Shown: piece by piece, positions 38,471 to 52,740 of the stretch | Position numbering within the stretch: position 1 is the stretch's first letter | How the letters are laid out: the number at the start of each line of letters is the position of its first letter | Assembly: GCA_976551045.1 (NCBI GenBank) | Contig: CDPCPM010000073.1 | Location: 18,724,001 to 18,788,000, forward strand | Length of the DNA stretch: 64,000 nucleotides | From: Glaucostegus cemiculus | Taxonomy: Eukaryota | Reading direction: 5' to 3' | Notes under the pieces: model-generated | Told to the model about the DNA's origin: nothing | The model's database searches: none | What the model saw: only the letters and a program-made list of their open reading frames with translations | Translations under genes and position numbers: made by a program

Positions 38471-40879
38471 CACATGTGATGAAAGTTAATCTATCGTATT
38501 TGCTATGGCATTTAGATTTTGATGTTAAGATTATTAAACAGTCTAAATTTTGTTAATGTACTTTGTTTTGAACAGAATGTTTTACATGGATCCAAATACA
38601 ATATAGGTTAACACTTTAAAGTTTAGTTCATAGACCAATACTTATAATAATGCAGTGTCCTCAGTACAGGTTGATTATATTGGATCTCTGAAACCAAAAT
38701 GCCTCTAAAATGAGTTTTCCAGTGTGCAGTATGATCACTTGTCTATGATTATTGTCCATGTAGCTCCAAGTTTCTGCTCCATATTGTTCCCCATTCTGAT
38801 ATATAATGAGGCATAGCATTATGATGACATAATTTCCCATCCACAGCAAACATCTTTACTGCCACATGGATAGCATAACTGATGTATAATTGAAGAAATG
38901 TGTCTCTGGGATGGTCCCAGATTCTTGCACTAGAGCCAATGTAAGCGAATTGCAAGGACACACAGGCCCAAGGATAACAATATGGTTCAAATGAAAAAGA
39001 TTGCAACATTTCCCTGTCACTCTTCATCTTTATCATTGCAACAATACCTTTGTCATAAAACAAAGTGCTGTGGAGACTTTGAAAATGGTTATTTAATAAG
39101 GGGCAGTTACTGTTAATGTGGCATTGTGACTTAGGCCTGTTGAAGAACAGACAATTAATATTATCCAGTAAGATCCCATCTCTAGCTGGCATATCTCCAA
39201 TTAAAGATTCTCCCCAGTGCTCCTCAAACAAATGGTTTTTCTAAGGAGGAATGAGTATATACAGAGCTCAGTGAAGTAGCAATACCTTAATATAAAAAAA
39301 AAATGATGAAAAAATAAAATAAGTTACATTCCTGGAAGCAGTGAAGATTGCCTGTGAAAACTCAAACTTTCAATACTCTTGTCTGATGGCAATGACTCTT
39401 CTGATGACAATGATTCATTGATAATGTGGTTTCCTGGATCCTGAATTACAAAAATCAGGAGATGGAAGCCCAACCAATCTGTCCCAAAGACTATTGCATC
39501 ATGTTACTGTCACTTTAGTGTAGGCTAAAGATTAAAGCTGGGACCTTCTCAGGCCATACAGCTCAACAACTTGTTGCTGATCTACTCATGGGTGGAAGCT
39601 ACCATCACAATGTTGATTGAAGAGCAAGCTCACAGAGAACTCAAATGCAGCACACTGGTACAAGACTTGAGTCAGGATACTTCCTCAGTTCTTCAGGACC
39701 AAACACAGGCAGCAACTGGAAGGAAATCTTGCCTCAGAGATCTGAGTAGTAATCCCAACACAAACTGAATCTTCAAGCAGGAAGCGAGAACACAGGACTG
39801 CTCTAGGGTAGACCACTCTAAGCAGCTAGGAGCCAAAGGTTGACCAACACTCTGGTAACTAGTGCTAGAGAAACCCAGGTACTTGTGCTAGACCCCTGAT
39901 GGGGCTCAGGTGTGTGTTATTATGCAATCAGTCCAGCATGGAATCCATGTGCTGTACAACGAGGCATCTAAGGAGCCAAATCAAGGGCCAGTACTCAGAA
40001 TCATGACAGCTACAGTCTGGCTCCTTTAAAACACATAGTGTACTGGGGGGAAGTATGTGGGGGAAACCTGGCTGGAGAGACAAGGTGGGAGATCTTTTAT
40101 AGATTCTGCACTGCAAACAATTTCAGTCTAAAAGGGGTTATGCCTTTTCTGGTAATAACAGATGCACAATGCCCACTCTCTGCCAAATGCTTTTGTTTTT
40201 AAAGAAAGAATATTTGTCTGATATTGCCTGTTGCTCACCATAATCCACAGGCTTTTAAAGAAATCAAACAGATTGTTTATAAAATGGTATTTGTGGTTTT
40301 GTGACTGTGGCTCCCAGACACTAAAAATGGATTCAACTAGTGGTTGTGTGCAGATGCACCCTGGTGATTTGATTGTGGTTTCAGAGTCTTTTGCCAAGGA
40401 CCATTTTTGGAGAAATTCCTGCATTGAATAGAGGGGTCCCTGATTTTTCACAGTATAAACCTCAGAGTTAGTGTGCTAAAGTAATGCTAACCATGAGTGG
40501 CACTAGTAAAGTGGCATTGTTGAGGAAGGTGCAGGGATTAAGTTCATCATATTGGGTATTGGAGATAATGGCTAGGTCCTGGCACAATAATTAACTCTTC
40601 AAACATGCGTACGAAGGGAGGGATTGACATTGAAAGTCTGAACATAAATACAGTGGTGAAGCATTTAAGAAGAGGCTAGATAAGTCCATGAGGGAGAAAG
40701 CATTAAAAGATTGTGCTTATTAGTTGAGATCACGGGAGGAGGCATGTGTGAAGAGATGGGAAAAAATTGTTAGTGGAATAGTTAATCTGCTTTAATTCAA
40801 TGGAACATAGTGGTGTGTGTTTCTTTACTTTTGACAACCCCACTTTAATCTCACTAGTTACAGCATTTCTCCACTTTCT

Positions 40880-41490
40880 CATCTGAGATTTCTTGCATTC
40901 CTGTAGCACCTTGAGCTTTGGAAAATAATCTCAAGGTACCCACGAAGATATGAGAAAACTAAATGGCTGTTAAACCAAGAAAGGAAAGATTAAGAGAGAT
41001 GTTCTAAAGCTTGGACACAGGCTTGAGATTTAAGAAAGATTTCAAAGAAGATTGCTGAAAGATGGAAGGCTTTACAGATGTATTCTCAGAGTATAGCTGA
41101 AGGAATAGCCATCGATGATGAGGCAAATGAAAGGGATCAGCAAGGGTTTTGCAGAGGGGAAAAGGTTACACAGGGAGGTTACAAAGCTTGCAGGTAGACG
41201 AAGTTACAGATAAAGGGATAGACAATGCCATGTAATTATTTAAATACATGAATGTGCATTTTAAATTTGCAATTGGGAACAGAGATAAAACCTAGTTATC
41301 ACAGATTGAGATGAAGCTTGTGTGGGACTTGATGTGATATAGAATATAGGCAGCAAGACTTTGTGAGTGGAAATTTATGGTAGGTGGAAGATGGAGACCT
41401 GACCAGGAGAGAACTCTAATAATCAGGCATGGGGGTTAAGGTATGGATGAGGGTTTAAGTGATGGATGGGCAGAGGATATGGTAGTTCAA
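40880..41490 (-). mobile_element. L2-clade LINE 3' fragment
   Basis: Purine-rich antisense L2-like profile (AAAGCTTGG..TTTTAAGAAAG..GGAAGATGGAGACCTGACCAGGAGAG..GGTATGGATGAGGGTTT). The same start motif appears at 36905 and 44538. Confidence 0.6.
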
Positions 41491-43055
41491 TGCTTAGGGC
41501 CCCATGATTTTTCAGTGGGATTCTGGGATATTGGCACCAGCTCCCTACAGTAGTTATCACTAAATCTGAATCATTATTCATGGTAGCGTACTCTCACAGT
41601 TTTCTGTGGATCCACAAGTTTTCTGGCAGGTTAAAGGAGGTAGATGTACCCGCGCAACAGTCCAAGTGAGTCATAGATACCAGTCAACAGAATCTGACCA
41701 AAAAATGCGGAGAAAATGAAGTGTTTTAGTTTAGATTTGTGAAAGTCACTAAAAAAATAACCTTATTTGGTCAATGCACAATTCCACATACAAATTTAAA
41801 ATATCAAGTTTCTAAGCGAATTTTGTCAAATCGAGAGCTGTGGCTAAGTGTGGTGACATTTTCACAACTTCTAAAAGGAGTTAATTAAAATAAAAAGCAG
41901 GGGACAGTTTGTGGTATAAATATATAAGAGCATAATCTCCCTTTCATGTCACCAGGTTCCCAGCCTGAGCAATGATGTAACTGACAGTGCCAGTAATGGT
42001 GGCAAAAAGCTGGAACAGTGCTTTTCAGTCAGCTTGGCACAGTAACTTTTCTACTCCTCTTATTGACTCTGCTGTTCCTGCAGCTGTTCAGTTTTGCATG
42101 TATAAAATCCTCGGGTGATGAAGACACTGTAGCCATTTCAACCAAAGGTTGTTGACTATGTGTAATATTTTCTTAGCTTAAAGCTATCCCAGTCTCCTTG
42201 TCAGTGCAAGAATTTGGATATTTTGTTATCTATAGATTTTACATACCTGTTCATCTGGAGTTCCAGTGATACAATCAAAACTGAATTTGCCTAGCCAAAT
42301 GTAGTTGAAAGTCTTAAATAAAGGAATTAATCGAAACCCTACACAGAATTTTCACCATCTCACAGAATATCCATATGCATGTACATAGGCACTCGCTTCC
42401 CATGCACACGAATGTTAACTGTATGTTTAAACTGCTTCACACCCTTCTAACTGTAAGGGGAGGTGCAGAACATTTACCATTGCAAATAGTGTCATGATCA
42501 GGTGCTTGCTATGTAGGCGCAACATATATGAGCCACTTCCTTGGAACACTCTAGCACACAGCAGCATATTGACATGTTTCAGGTTGCTTCACTAAAGACA
42601 CAGTTAATTGAGATGTCCCTCTGACATACTGCTTCTCTTCAGTTTTCTAGTTCCTGTAAAGTATGGTTTAGAGTTTGCTAATTGGATGACAAATGGAAAA
42701 TATGTTGTTCATTAAAGTCAAAAGGTTAAATGCTAATACAAAATAAAGGCTAAAGATGCTTCTTTAATTACAGCTCACGATATAATTATAAGTGTTTATT
42801 AGTATGTCACTGTAACTTGTTAGCCAGGATACTGCAGAATACTTGTTATATTTCGATTTTCATCACCTTAACCACCAAAAGAAACACACGCATGTGTGAA
42901 AACAAACAAAAAATGGTGTTTGAATCCATTTCCTGTTGAAAACGGAGTATCCATTTTCATAAGCAATGGAGTATCCATTTGATGAAACCCAGAGCTGCCA
43001 AACACTTGAATGCAGGATAGATACTTAGTTCTGTTGTGGTTTGCAAATGTTCCTC

Positions 43056-43075
43056 CTAGCCACCAGGTGGCTGGC
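43056..43075. promoter_or_regulatory. Candidate CTCF site
   Basis: AGCCACCAGGTGGCT (43058-43072) fits the CTCF core CCASYAGRKGGC. Confidence 0.45.
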
Positions 43076-44537
43076 CCCATGGAAGCCAGGTGTATCTCCA
43101 GGGTGGGTCTGATCCAGAGGGAAAAGACTGGGATCCAGAAATTATATCAGCTGTAAGGTCTGACAATAAATGTAGCAAATTATTTGACCTGCTTAGATAT
43201 GGAACACATGTTAGCTTCTTTGATTAATGTAAGGATGAAAGCAATTTTTAAAATTTACTTTGTTTCGTTAAGTCTTCCCATAATGAAATCTAAAATAGCA
43301 GGACTAAGGGTCTGGAGTGGAAACCATTATATTGGTATTTTATTTCAGGCCTAATGATGCCCAGCAGGATTTTGTAAATCATTATATCAAAACTTTGAAA
43401 ACAGAATTACATATTAAAACAGTTGCCAGCCTTATTATGTTATACAAGTTGGTATCCAGATGTTTTATGCATTAGAATATATTCATTTAGTTCCACTGTA
43501 CTGCATGAATTCAGCATAAGTGTTAATACAGTAACAATAATGGATGAGATGTACTCCTAATGAGCCCTGTGATGCCGAGATTAGCTGATGGATATTTGGA
43601 GTGGTTTAGAATGAATTTGAATTTTCTTTGTGTCCTTGAACGTGGTTTTTATGGTGATGCTGAAATTTTATTTAGGGTTGTGAATGATTTGGGACTTGCA
43701 TCATCAAAATTGATAAATGTTTAAAGAAAGGCACAGATATTAAATTAAGGCTTGAGGGAAGATATAGGGCCAGAAAAAAAACTCAGCTAATGACACGAGG
43801 CTCAGGAAGCAATGCAAAAGCCATGAAGTTTTGAAAGGTTTTTTCTTCCAGAATCTGTTTCCATTCCAGATGCCAGACGTATCATTCTTGTTTCCTGTGG
43901 GAACCCCAGGGACAAAAATGAGCCAAATTGTCTGTCTTGAGAATCAGTTCCATTTATTCCCCCTTTGCGGGAAGATGTATTTGTTTTTCCTATACCCCTT
44001 GACACAAATTTGAAGATGTTAGACTGGTTAATATCTCTTTTTTAATTGTTTCTTTTTAGCTCTTGCTTTCCTGGTCTCAGTCCTACCAGCCTGCTATATA
44101 CAGAGGCATTCCAAACATTGATCCATGTCAACAGCTGTCTTGCTTACAGTCACAAGTGAATTGTACTGATGCAAAGAAAACCATTGAGCTCTCATTAGCA
44201 ATCACGGGCTCATGGCTACTTCACCCATTTGGAACAAAGTACAATGGTGGTTATCTTACTGGAGACCTTTGCTGTTTCTGAATGGATGTGGAGTACCCAT
44301 CAACATAGTACACTGCCAGGGTTAAATTATGCAGTTCATGGCAGAAACATTTTCTGTTTTTCCTTTATACAGATTTTGTATCAACATGGTTTTCTGCTTA
44401 CTTAAAATATATCTAACAATAAGGCATTTTAAAAAAAGCAAAACCCAGGTGCACATCGCAGTACGTTGATATAAAAACTTCTTTATTTAAGCCCTTCCCA
44501 TTGATGAAACAGCAACCAGGAATGTCTCATTAATAAA

Positions 44538-44730
44538 GACAGCTTGCATTTATTTAGCAGCTTTAATGTAGTAAAATCATCCACAGGAATGGTAAATAAA
44601 ATTCGTTGCTGAGCTATGTTAGGAACTTTTACCACATGCGATAGTCAAAAGGCAGGGTTTTAGTAAGAGTCTTAAGGAAGGAGAAGGAAATTATTGGGAA
44701 GTAGGCCTCTGAATGATTTAAAACCTGCAT
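44538..44730 (-). mobile_element. L2 3' end fragment
   Basis: CAGCTTGCATTTATTTAGCAGCTTTAATGTAGTAAAA..GTCAAAAGGCAGGGTTTTAGTAAGAGTCTTAAGGAAGGAGA. Confidence 0.6.
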
Positions 44731-46829
44731 TCCATTCTAAGGTTTGACACTGGGGAAGTGTAAGGAGTCAAATCCCCCATGCATAGTTTAATTTTCGGAA
44801 AAACCCCGCAGGCTCGGGTGCTTTTCCCAAACTATAACAGATGTGATTCCAGAGTCAGTAAGTACCTTGTTGGCTGGTGTCTGATCTCCAGCGCACAAGG
44901 CACCAGAGTTTCAGGCAAAGCAATTACAATATTTACAGCTCTGTAGCTGATTAATCATGAGTGTGAAGCAGAGCGAGTAAGGGCAGGGCACGGAAGTGAA
45001 CGATGAAGAGGGTGCTGTTGGAATTCCTGCTCCACCAATTAAACTAGACACGTTTCAACCAGATTTATCTGTGTATTTCTTTATATAAGAGGAGAACTCA
45101 CCAGGAATAAAATGACACGTACACAAGAGACAGTCTGCTAGTGAGTCCAACTTAATGGGTGTTCACACAATATCAAGAACTAGATGTAGTTGGTGTTGTG
45201 TTGCTGAAATTGATTAAAAATAATAGTAAAAATTTCATTGCAGACACATCATGATGTAATGCGTGATCATACATGATGTAATAAGTCCAGTTGGAATGCT
45301 TGTTGAATGACAATTTGGCTTAGAAATTGTGTGGATGTAAATCATCCTAACATTGCTTTAACTAATTTTGCACATATTTCTTAGCCTTTAATAAGGTAAG
45401 GATTTTTTTTGTGTGAGAAATTTGGGTACCCTCGTGCTGTGTTTTGGTAACACCCAAAATTGGCTTCCGGCTTTATTTTCAATCATATTAGTATGTATTA
45501 TGACTGGCACTGTTCACTCAAGCTGAAGGCCCCACTTGAGCATTATTTGAAGACAGAACCCATATCTTCCATAGTCATTAGGCAGAGTGCTGCATAGCTC
45601 AAATCACAAGTAAACTGACTCCCTCCTTAAAATTAAGCTGCCAGGAATACCAAAAGGAATCATGCAACAAGAGTGGTTCCATGTTTATCGGACTGAAAAT
45701 GAGTTAAATAAAATTGGAGAGAAACATATGACAATAGAGGTGGTAATCGTGGAAGAAATTGCCAGGGAGGTGTCTGTAAGGGCTTGAGTGCCTGCTGTAT
45801 TTGGAGCCCTGCATTGCAGTCAAGTGCCCCTTTCAGGTGTGTGTTGAGAGCAATGCAAGCAGTTGTACTTGTTTGGAAAACAAGCTTCAAATTGGTTGTG
45901 ACTTATTCTCCATGACAGTAGTGACTCCACTCCCATTGGCTGTAAAGTATTTTGAGATATCATAAAAGGCTTTAGAGCAAACATGTAGCCCAATTAAAAT
46001 TAGCCTATTTTTAATGAGGAGAATCACTGTGCAGTCTTGCCTTAGAGTTGTTCTAGAATGAAACCCAGCCGAAGTTAGTGTACTAGTAAGGTAACGTGTC
46101 TTTCTTTCAAGTCTTACAAACATCCATAACTCAGCTTTATGATGCACATTCAGATATGGCACAATTTAGTAACAAGTCTGCACGCGCTCCTCCAATACAT
46201 TCTGTTCTTTATTGAAGGGTTGAGTTTGAATATTGGTATTCTCATCAAAATGAAATTTTACTTCTGACAAAGACTCACCTTGGGTCAGTTCTTGCAAGGC
46301 ATTGGGAAACAGAACCCAATTGTATTTGATTCCTTTTTAAGTTTCAAAGTAAAGGTGGTGCCTGCCATAAGTAATTGTTATGAAAGTGACTGTGGACATA
46401 TTTCAAATTGCAATCTCTCTTAGTTTTCCACTGAACTAACTGTCCTCATAAACAACTACATGTCCTTGCTTTCAAGGTTGTTTGGAAGCTGTAATTTAAT
46501 GGTGGCAACACTTGCCTGGTTGCTAGATATTCACTGTCAGCACATTAGGATATTCTGTGTATAAAGGTGGATGCAAGACCACAGAAGATTTTATGCCAAT
46601 CCTTGGAATATTATTTCATAATTAATAGCATTATATAGAAATCTGCACATTTATGTTCATTTTACTTTTAATTAAAAATTTGCCTCATCCAGTGATTTGT
46701 TTATTGTAAGTTTAGAAGCAATGGCATAATATAGTTCAAGCATGGTCTAAATATACAGAAATAGACAATGTTAATCAGAAACCTTCAGTGTTAGAACAAT
46801 ATTGCAGTGACCAAGAGAATGACAATACC

Positions 46830-48300
46830 TGCCTTGTGATGGTAAAGTTCCAGGATTTTAAGCCAGAAATGATGAAAGAACAGGGATATATTTCCAAGTC
46901 AGGACAGGTTTTGACTTGAAAGGAGAAAGGAGTTGCTGGTGTTTCTATTCACATAGTGCACTTGTCCCCTAATGATGAAGGTTGTGGGTTTGAGTAATGC
47001 TACTGAGGACTTTTAAGTTGTGGCAGTGGACTTTGTAAATGGTTGCACCAGTTTTGGAGGGGATTGAATGTCTACTACAGTAGATAAGATGTCAGTGGCT
47101 CAGGCAGCTTTATCCTAGATGGTAGTATTGCTGACTTTGCACTCATCCGGGCAAATGGAGAATGTTCCATCAGGCTCCTTACTTGTGCCTGGTGAACGAT
47201 GGAAAGGGTTTGGTGAGTCAGGAGGTAAGTCACTCACCCTAGAACATATAACCTCTGACCTGCTTCTCTAGCCACTATATTTATATGGCTTGTACAGTTA
47301 AGTTTCTGGTCAATGGTGACCTCCAGATGTTCATTGTAGTTGATTTGACAAAGGTGGAGCCATTGAATGTCATGGGGAGGTTGTCACACCATTTGTTGAA
47401 GTTGCTTATTGTCATTTGTGTGGCACAAGTCTGCAAATATTCAAAGCCTTGCTATACGTTGGCACAGCTTAAAAATGGAACTTGCAATCATCAGTAGACT
47501 TATGATGAAAGGAAGGCCATTGATAAAAAAAAACTGAAGACGGTTGAGCCTAGGTAACCAAAGATGTCCAAGGGAACTCTTGATATATGGAGCTGAGGCA
47601 ATTGGCCTCAAACCACCATAACCATCTTCTCTAGTACTAGATATGGCTGGATTTCACTAGATTTGCATTGCTTCAATTATACCAGAGATTCTTGATGTCT
47701 CACTTGCTCAAAAACAAATGTGGTACCTTTCAATTCACCGCAGGAATTTTGCTCTTATATTTGTGTTTGGACCAAGACTGTAATGAGGTCTCAAGCCAGA
47801 TGATCCTGGTGGAACCCAGTTGGCTAAAGGAGAACAGATTATTAATGCATATTTACTGTCAATGATACGTTTTCTCTAACTGAGAGACAACTGATGGCTA
47901 GTGTTAATTGGCTGGTTTGGATTTGTTTGGCTTTTTGTTGGCAGGACCGATCAGGAATATTTTTCACTTTTTCAGGCAGGTGCCAGTGTGCAGCTGCACT
48001 GCAACAGCTTGGCTAGAAACGCACTTAGGTCTGGAGCACAGGTCTTTACACAACAGCCAAGATGTTGTCGAGGTCCATTGCCTTTGTTATATTCATTGTG
48101 CACATTCATTTCTAGCTATCATATGAAGTGAATTCGGATGACTGAATCCTGGCTTCTTATGATCAGGAGGAAGCCAAGGTGGCTGATCCACTTGACACTT
48201 CTGGCAGAGGATGGCTGCAAAATGTTTAGCCTTATCTCTTGTACTCATGTTACTGGATTCCTGCATCACTAATGATGTTATATTCTTTGTGTGAGAGAGT
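46830..48300 (-). mobile_element. CR1/L2 (Jockey)-group LINE fragment with an RT C-terminal remnant
   Basis: The minus strand near 47150-47330 translates to VTIDQKLNCTSHINIVAREAGQRL...QAQVRSLMEHSP, the RT thumb pattern LGV.ID..L.W..HI...YKA.VRS.MEY. Confidence 0.7.
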
Positions 48301-48419
48301 CCACACACTGTCCATTAAAGACATTTCTCCTGAGCTCCCAAATTGGTTTTATGAACCTGAGTTTTAGCAAGGGGAAGCTTTTTCCTCCACATCTATTATT
48401 GGGGTAAGCCTCCTGTCAC

Positions 48420-48940
48420 TCCAAAGTCTCCACAACTCGCAAGGTGCTGGTCAGGAATGGAATGAATAGTCTTTACTTAGCTAACTGGGTGCAGCTAAGA
48501 ACCACAGCACCAAGAAGGGACAGAACATCTTTCTCTGTCCACTACCCGCCAACTTAAAACATTTATACCCCACACCACGAGTGTATTGTTACCATAGTTC
48601 GTATGGCCTAGAAGATGAAATATAGTAACTTGTGTGTTTGTCTGCACTTCCCAAATCAACACCCTCAGCCACTTAGAGAAAAATGGAGTGCTTGGGAGTG
48701 TCACCACTTCACATTTCAGGTCAATCATATACCATCCTGACTTGGAAATATGTCACAATTTCTTCTTCATTACCAGATCTAAATTCTGCAACTCTCTAAC
48801 CAACAACAACACTGTACTTTCACCACAAGAACTTCAGAGACTTGAGAACGTGACATACAACAACCTTTTCTAGGGCAGCTCAGGAGCATAAATACTAGGC
48901 TTGTGAGCAAATTCCACATCTCAAGAAGAAATTAAAAACA
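48420..48940 (+). mobile_element. Second copy of the same LINE family, 3' end, opposite orientation
   Basis: TCCTGACTTGGAAATAT (~48735) is the reverse complement of ATATTTCCAAGTCAGGA (~46888). Ends with ATAAATACTAGGC..CCACATCTCAAGAAGAAATTAAAAA. Confidence 0.65.
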
Positions 48941-50984
48941 GTCACAGGTGATTTGAGAAGGATGCTTAAAATAATGAAGAGATAAGACATAAGAACTGAG
49001 TAAAAACCTTTTGTTTCCAGTGATTGCATTTAAAGATATGCACAAATGTCTGCTTCAATCCAGACAGGAGAAACTTTAAATACAAAAGACTCATAGAAAA
49101 TCCTTGCAGAGTTAGTGATATGGGCAGAGATCACGTCAATGTTTAAAGATTTGATAATTGATGGAAAGAGATAGAAAGAGTTAGGAAAAGAGCAGGTGGA
49201 GGAGCTTGTGACCATTGTCACAGATCAGTTGAGTCAAAGGACATTTTGTGACATCCACTGACAAAGGGATTTTGGTTTAGATTTTTAGCCTTATACTTGT
49301 AATACATGTTCAATTATTTAAATTTTCTTAAGTGCGCCTTTGGGCAAGGTCTGCACCTTAAAATGAGATGTTAATGTTCAAATGTGGATGTGCAAAAACT
49401 TTCAGTTACATGTAGTTTGTGTTCAGGCTCTCCAACCTCTTTTTCAGCATCAGCACCAAAGATGATTGCTTTTGATTTTGCTTTTTGTTCACTCGCTGGT
49501 CATGTGGATTCTAACAGTTGATCACACAGTTTTGTAATGGGATTTTCTTTGCAATTAAAAGGTTCCCTGATTGCTGAGGGGGAACTCTCCATGAGAGAAA
49601 TGAGAAATCTGAAAGTGTGTTTGCTGGGGCTAAGGTAGAGTTGTTGCAATTAGTGAGGGGTAGGTGAAAAAGGGGGACTAAAGGAAATCAGCCCGTGTTC
49701 CTGTTCCTGCTCCTGTTCACAGTCTAGTGAGTTGTCCTGTAGACTGAAAGCATAATTCTCTGCAAATTTATTAGAATTGTATAAACATTTACTGAGTTTG
49801 AGGTGTAAAGTCATCTCATTATGATTATTTGCTGATTTGGTTGTATAGCAGTATGCAACACAAGGAGGTTGTGAAAGGTGCTATATAAATGCAAGTCATT
49901 TTCAGAATTGCCGACTGAGTGATTATTTCTGAATCCATAACATTGCAATGTTTGTTAGTATTTTTGAATCGGCTATTGTTTGGTATGGGTGGTGTCTATT
50001 AAACAGTTGTGAACACTTGTGCTGGCATAACTTTGCATTCTGACCTCATGCAACCACATTATCTTCCCATGACAAATGCAGAACTTGCAGATATATAGAT
50101 TTCCTCTTTACGCTTCCAAAGAATGACAGCCATGCTTAAAGATAAGATCAGGAAATGTTGCTCTTGGGTCCCTCTCCTCTCCATTTCTGCCATCCTTAAG
50201 GTCCATTATATGGTCAAAGACCTACCATGACCCCAGTGATATGATATGTGAATCAGTGGAGGAGATGGTCAGTTGCAGGGGGTGGTGGGTGGGGGTTGTT
50301 GTGGTGAGCAGCCTTCTTAATGGTTCTGTCAACCTGCAATTTACAAGTCCATTTTTCACTCTGACAAAGAGTGTATCATTCTCTAGGCAAAGTAATGAAT
50401 GGTACTAAAATATCCAAAAGACATTTTGACTAGTCCTTTAGATTTACAAAATTTAACTTAATGAAACTTTTCCAGAAATGCATCCCTTTCATAAATCAAG
50501 GAATTACTATAATTTTCATTAGTATTTAAACTCAAAAGTAGGCAGATAATGTTGTAATCCAACAAAATATGCCCTTTCTACTTTCTCAAGGCATCATTTA
50601 TTTCAGCCTTATGTTGTGCACAGCTGTCTCCTCTGAAGTGCACTATGTGGTTTTTGCACATAGTTTCTGCTTCACTCTCAAAGAAAACAGCATGACCTTT
50701 TACTGCTGTTATTTGGGAAGCACACGTCAAGACACTTTAAGATGATCAAGCATATGTGGAAGGCATGGAGAGGTACCTGGATGCCTTTGAGGTCTTATTT
50801 ACAAGTTGGGTTTACTCACTAGCTTACCAACCATTAACCAGACATCATCTTAACATTAAATTTGAATTTTGGACATAAGTGAACAGAGATCTAGGTATAA
50901 TTTCTGTTTCTCCAAATGTACAGTGTCAAGGTGAGAACAGTATAATTTTGGTTAAGAAAGAAACAAAGAGAAAGAGGGTGGTAA

Positions 50985-51275
50985 CATCTTTCATAATCTC
51001 AGGAAGTCCCAAAGTGCTTTAGAGCTATTGAAATACTGTAGTATAATCGCAGATCTAATATGGGAAATGAAGCAGCCAATTTGCATGCAATTTCTGACAA
51101 ATACCAATGAGATCCAAGACCAGCTCATCCTCATTTTAAGACAAACATGGCCAAGACACTAAGGAAAACTTTGCACTACCCTTATTTAAAATAATGCTTC
51201 ATCCCTGATATAGGGAAGATGATGTCTTTGTTTAACTTTTCTTCCAAAAGATAGCATCCTTGACAGTGCAACACT
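50985..51275 (-). mobile_element. DeuSINE-like copy
   Basis: CTTTCATAATCTCAGGAAGTCCCAAAGTGCTTTAGAGC..GCAGCCAATTTGCA..AAAAGATAGCATCCTTGACAGTGCAACACT, colinear with the 35660-36270 copy. Confidence 0.6.
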
Positions 51276-51391
51276 TCTTATCCAAAAAAGGTATGTTATA
51301 GTTTTGAAAGATTTCTTGGCAGCCAACTTCATTTCTGGAGGAAATAAATAATCCAGAATTGACAGCAATAAAATAATATACACAGTGGAAA

Positions 51392-51515
51392 TCAAAACAA
51401 ACTGCAGGTAGTAGAAATCTGAAATAAAACCAGAAGATGCTGGAAACACTCAGCAGATCAGGCAGCATCAGCCTTCCTTGACTTGCCGAATGTTACCAGC
51501 AATTTCTGTTTGTAT
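51392..51515 (-). mobile_element. Short palindromic copy of the Penelope-type element
   Basis: AAATCTGAAATAAAACCAGAAGATGCTGGAAACACTCAGCAGATCAGGCAGCATC followed by a decayed inverted arm. Flanked by ACACAGTGGAA 51380-51390 and ACACAATGGAA 51521-51531. Confidence 0.7.
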
Positions 51516-51539
51516 TATGCACACAATGGAATTATCACA

Positions 51540-51695
51540 GACCAGTTATTTGGTCTTTATTACATTGTTGTGTTGGGAGCTTGCTATGCATAAACTGGCT
51601 GTTACATTTCATACAAGAGTAACCGCACTTCAAACAGTAATTTACTGGTAAAAGTGCTGTAGGTCAAGATGTTAGAGAAGTGCAAGTCTTTCTTT
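51540..51695 (+). mobile_element. DeuSINE-like 3' half
   Basis: ACATTGTTGTGTTGGGAGCTTGCTATGCATAAACTGGCTG..CACTTCAAA..TGCAAGTCTTTCTTT tail. Confidence 0.55.
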
Positions 51696-52489
51696 CACGT
51701 TTCCACTGATTTTATTCCAACTCAGACGCCTCAGTACATTGGTTCACAGTATGTTCCATTCAGACCTATATAATGGAGTTGCTCTGACTGCATAAACACA
51801 GTTAAGCCTCAGGCGATAAGAATAGCAGCAGGAACATCAAAAAGCTGACTAACATTACATCATTACTGCTATGGATTTCCCCTTTATAAAGAGTAAGGTT
51901 TTTTTTTAATCAAAGTGACTGCTTTCTATTGACCTGATTTGTTCAGACCATGCAAAGGAGCTTAAAGACTCCCTTACAATTCTACAGTACCATGCAAAGA
52001 AACAGACTAGTGTAAACAGTTTTTGCTTCCTTGTTGTAGAGTAGAGCTGAGCCTCAGTTTGTCCATATTTAACCATGTTAAGTCAAGTTAATGGCAAATG
52101 ATAAAGCTGACCCATTGTCTCAAGTGAAGCGTTCCATTGTGTGATAATTAAGGAAAATGTGTTTTGGGATAAATATTAATGTTAAATTAGCCACATTGAC
52201 CTCACTGTGCTTTATAATTGAGACTTGCTTCCAAGCAGGGAATGGCTGCATTATTCACAAAGGCGTTGGAAAAGAGAGCAAGTAGAAAGATGGCAACTTG
52301 GAATACTTGTATTTGTTTATGCACTTGTTTGTGGTCATGTGTCCTGTTCTTTAAAACAATGCACAGCAAAGCACAGGGGGCCAAGAGAACATTCTGCATT
52401 TCCACAAATGTTTTTTTTGTGTGAACTCAATCAAACTTAGAAGGAGTTTCTGTCCTTTGGGCTTTTCACTCTGCGCTTACAAGATGTAA

Positions 52490-52740
52490 GTTGCTCAGTC
52501 AGCAAGTGAACAACTTGGTGAATGTGGAACTGATACCAAGGATGAGGAAATGTCCAGCCAGGCTTGTGCTGAGTTAGCACTTTGGTGAGCTCTGAAACTA
52601 TCTTCCTGAAACAGGGAGGAGCTAAAACTGGTCACACTCACCAATCCTGATCACCACCCAAGCCTAAGACTGTGAGGGGAGGACAGGGTCAGGCTTGGCT
52701 GTGAAGGCGTGCATCGTTGATTGGTTTGCCAACATTTCAA
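52490..52740 (+). mobile_element. Old SINE-like repeat (unnamed family; related copies at ~62265-62510 + and ~34420-34735 -)
   Basis: Shared motifs TGTGCTGAGTTAGC / CTGATCTCAGCT, CCTGATCAC..CAGTGACCCCTG and GAGGACAGGGTCAGGCTTGGCTGTGA recur, decayed, in the other copies. Confidence 0.45.

Noticed and set aside
39383-39417. Short imperfect direct repeats (also ~31140, ~42944, ~45250)
   Set aside because: These are two-copy 10-18 bp slippage duplications, expected in this much intronic DNA, and not an array.
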